64,000 nucleotides of DNA from Podarcis muralis (taxonomy: Eukaryota), in contig NC_135664.1 in assembly GCF_964188315.1 (NCBI RefSeq), positions 39,184,001 to 39,248,000 of the forward strand, in the 5' to 3' direction. The position numbers were made by a program, and so were the translations under genes. The notes beneath the pieces were generated by a model that saw only the letters and a program-made list of their open reading frames with translations, searched no databases and was not told the DNA's origin. This document shows, in pieces, positions 63,127 to 64,000 of the stretch (position 1 is its first letter; the number at the start of each line of letters is the position of its first letter).

Positions 63127-63296
63127 CTGTTGAAGGTGTGGTGTACAGCCTCCAATGTTTTGGGCAGAGAGGAGGTTCCCAGGCTAGTGTGCCTTTTCTT
63201 CTTTTGTTCCTTAATTACTTGAGGGATATCTTGAGTGATTTCTTGAGCGATATCCTGAATCCCACTTAGGTGGGTCATTAGGTGTGGATTAGTTTC

Positions 63297-63998
63297 TCAA
63301 GCCTTTGTGTCTTGAACTCTTGAACTTTGTGAAGAGTTTTTTTGAGAAGATGGCTGTACTGCATTTGGTTGTGCTCTGGCTTGGCTTCGTGTATAGGGGC
63401 GAGCTGTGGTTTTGTGGCCTGTGCCAGCCAGATCTGTGTAGGGATTGCAGGGGGGTGCAGCATCCGGAGGTGCCACCATGGTTTGGCTACTGGATGGTAT
63501 CTGTAATTCATCTGTGGAGAGGGTCTGGGTTTGGGTCTGGTGTGGTTGATTGGTGATGGCGTTCTGTGTGCCTCTGGATCTGGTGTCAGATTTTGTGGGG
63601 AGGGCTAATTTCCAGATGTCTGGCAAGCGGGATGTGTCGTCACGCTTGTTCATGTTGTGAGGGTGTTTCTCTATCTCGATGGCTTCCATGATTATTCTCT
63701 TGTGGTGATGTTCCATGTTAAAGAGCAATTTGGAATCTGCAAAATTAATTTCGTGTCCTGTTTCTTTCATGTGTTGGAAAAGAGAGGAAGTTTTTTCTTC
63801 TTTTTTGACGGCATTCTTGTGTTCTGCGATACGTGCATTTATTCGTCTGTTTGTTTGTCCAATGTACGTGGCTGGGCAGACTTTGCAGGGTATTTCATAG
63901 ACCCCTTGGTTTTCCAACTGGATTTTATCCTTGGGGTTTCTGAGGATATTGGCTATTTTTTGGTTGGTGCAAAAGGCTGTTTTGATATTGTGTTTATG
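63297..63998 (-). CDS. Penelope polyprotein C-terminus: GIY-YIG endonuclease plus low-complexity tail (5' partial)
   Basis: GVYEIPCKVCPATYIGQTNRRINARIAEH...HMKETGH...EAIEI motifs; the frame stays open upstream of 63917 (HKHNIKTAFCTNQKIANILRNPKDKIQ) to the window edge. Confidence 0.9.
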   Translation of the reverse strand, partial: HKHNIKTAFCTNQKIANILRNPKDKIQLENQGVYEIPCKVCPATYIGQTNRRINARIAEHKNAVKKEEKTSSLFQHMKETGHEINFADSKLLFNMEHHHKRIIMEAIEIEKHPHNMNKRDDTSRLPDIWKLALPTKSDTRSRGTQNAITNQPHQTQTQTLSTDELQIPSSSQTMVAPPDAAPPCNPYTDLAGTGHKTTARPYTRSQARAQPNAVQPSSQKNSSQSSRVQDTKA

Positions 63999-64000
63999 GA

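Larger units (their letters stand above)
62943..64000 (-). mobile_element. Penelope-like retroelement (Poseidon-type), 3' part, runs off the window
   Basis: GIY-YIG ORF, hammerhead-containing 3' region and CpG retention. Confidence 0.92.

Noticed and set aside
1-64000. Prokaryotic-type systems (CRISPR, operons, defence islands)
   Set aside because: The sequence is CpG-depleted vertebrate DNA dominated by squamate repeats; no arrays or gene-dense segments.

Overview
Vertebrate genomic DNA, almost certainly from a squamate reptile and probably a lacertid lizard. That is inferred from the repeat content: Sauria SINEs, a Squam3-type SINE, Bov-B and CR1. I recognise no host protein-coding exon, so the window reads as a large intron or gene desert. 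Most listed ORFs are spurious or come from retroelements. It holds 11 Sauria SINE copies in two subfamilies, other tRNA/MIR-derived SINEs, fragments of Bov-B, RTE, RTEX-like, L1, CR1 and L2 LINEs, many hAT and Tc1/mariner(pogo)-type MITEs with checkable TIRs and TSDs, three solo LTRs with perfect 5-bp TSDs, two less certain LTRs, and a Penelope-like element (GIY-YIG ORF) running off the right edge. The most interesting signals are these. (1) A 246-bp Penelope-derived insertion at 44577-44822 with a 13-bp TSD forms a perfect 95-bp palindrome, each arm carrying a minimal hammerhead ribozyme. (2) A second, unrelated hammerhead lies at the 3' end of the Penelope element. (3) Two diverged solo LTRs both keep an acidic/Pro/SPxxRR reading frame and a terminal hairpin. 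(4) A GC-rich, highly self-complementary 250-bp insert of unknown origin sits inside a MITE. (5) A candidate 15-nt microexon lies at 5495-5509. Family names come from pattern recognition only; no database search was run.
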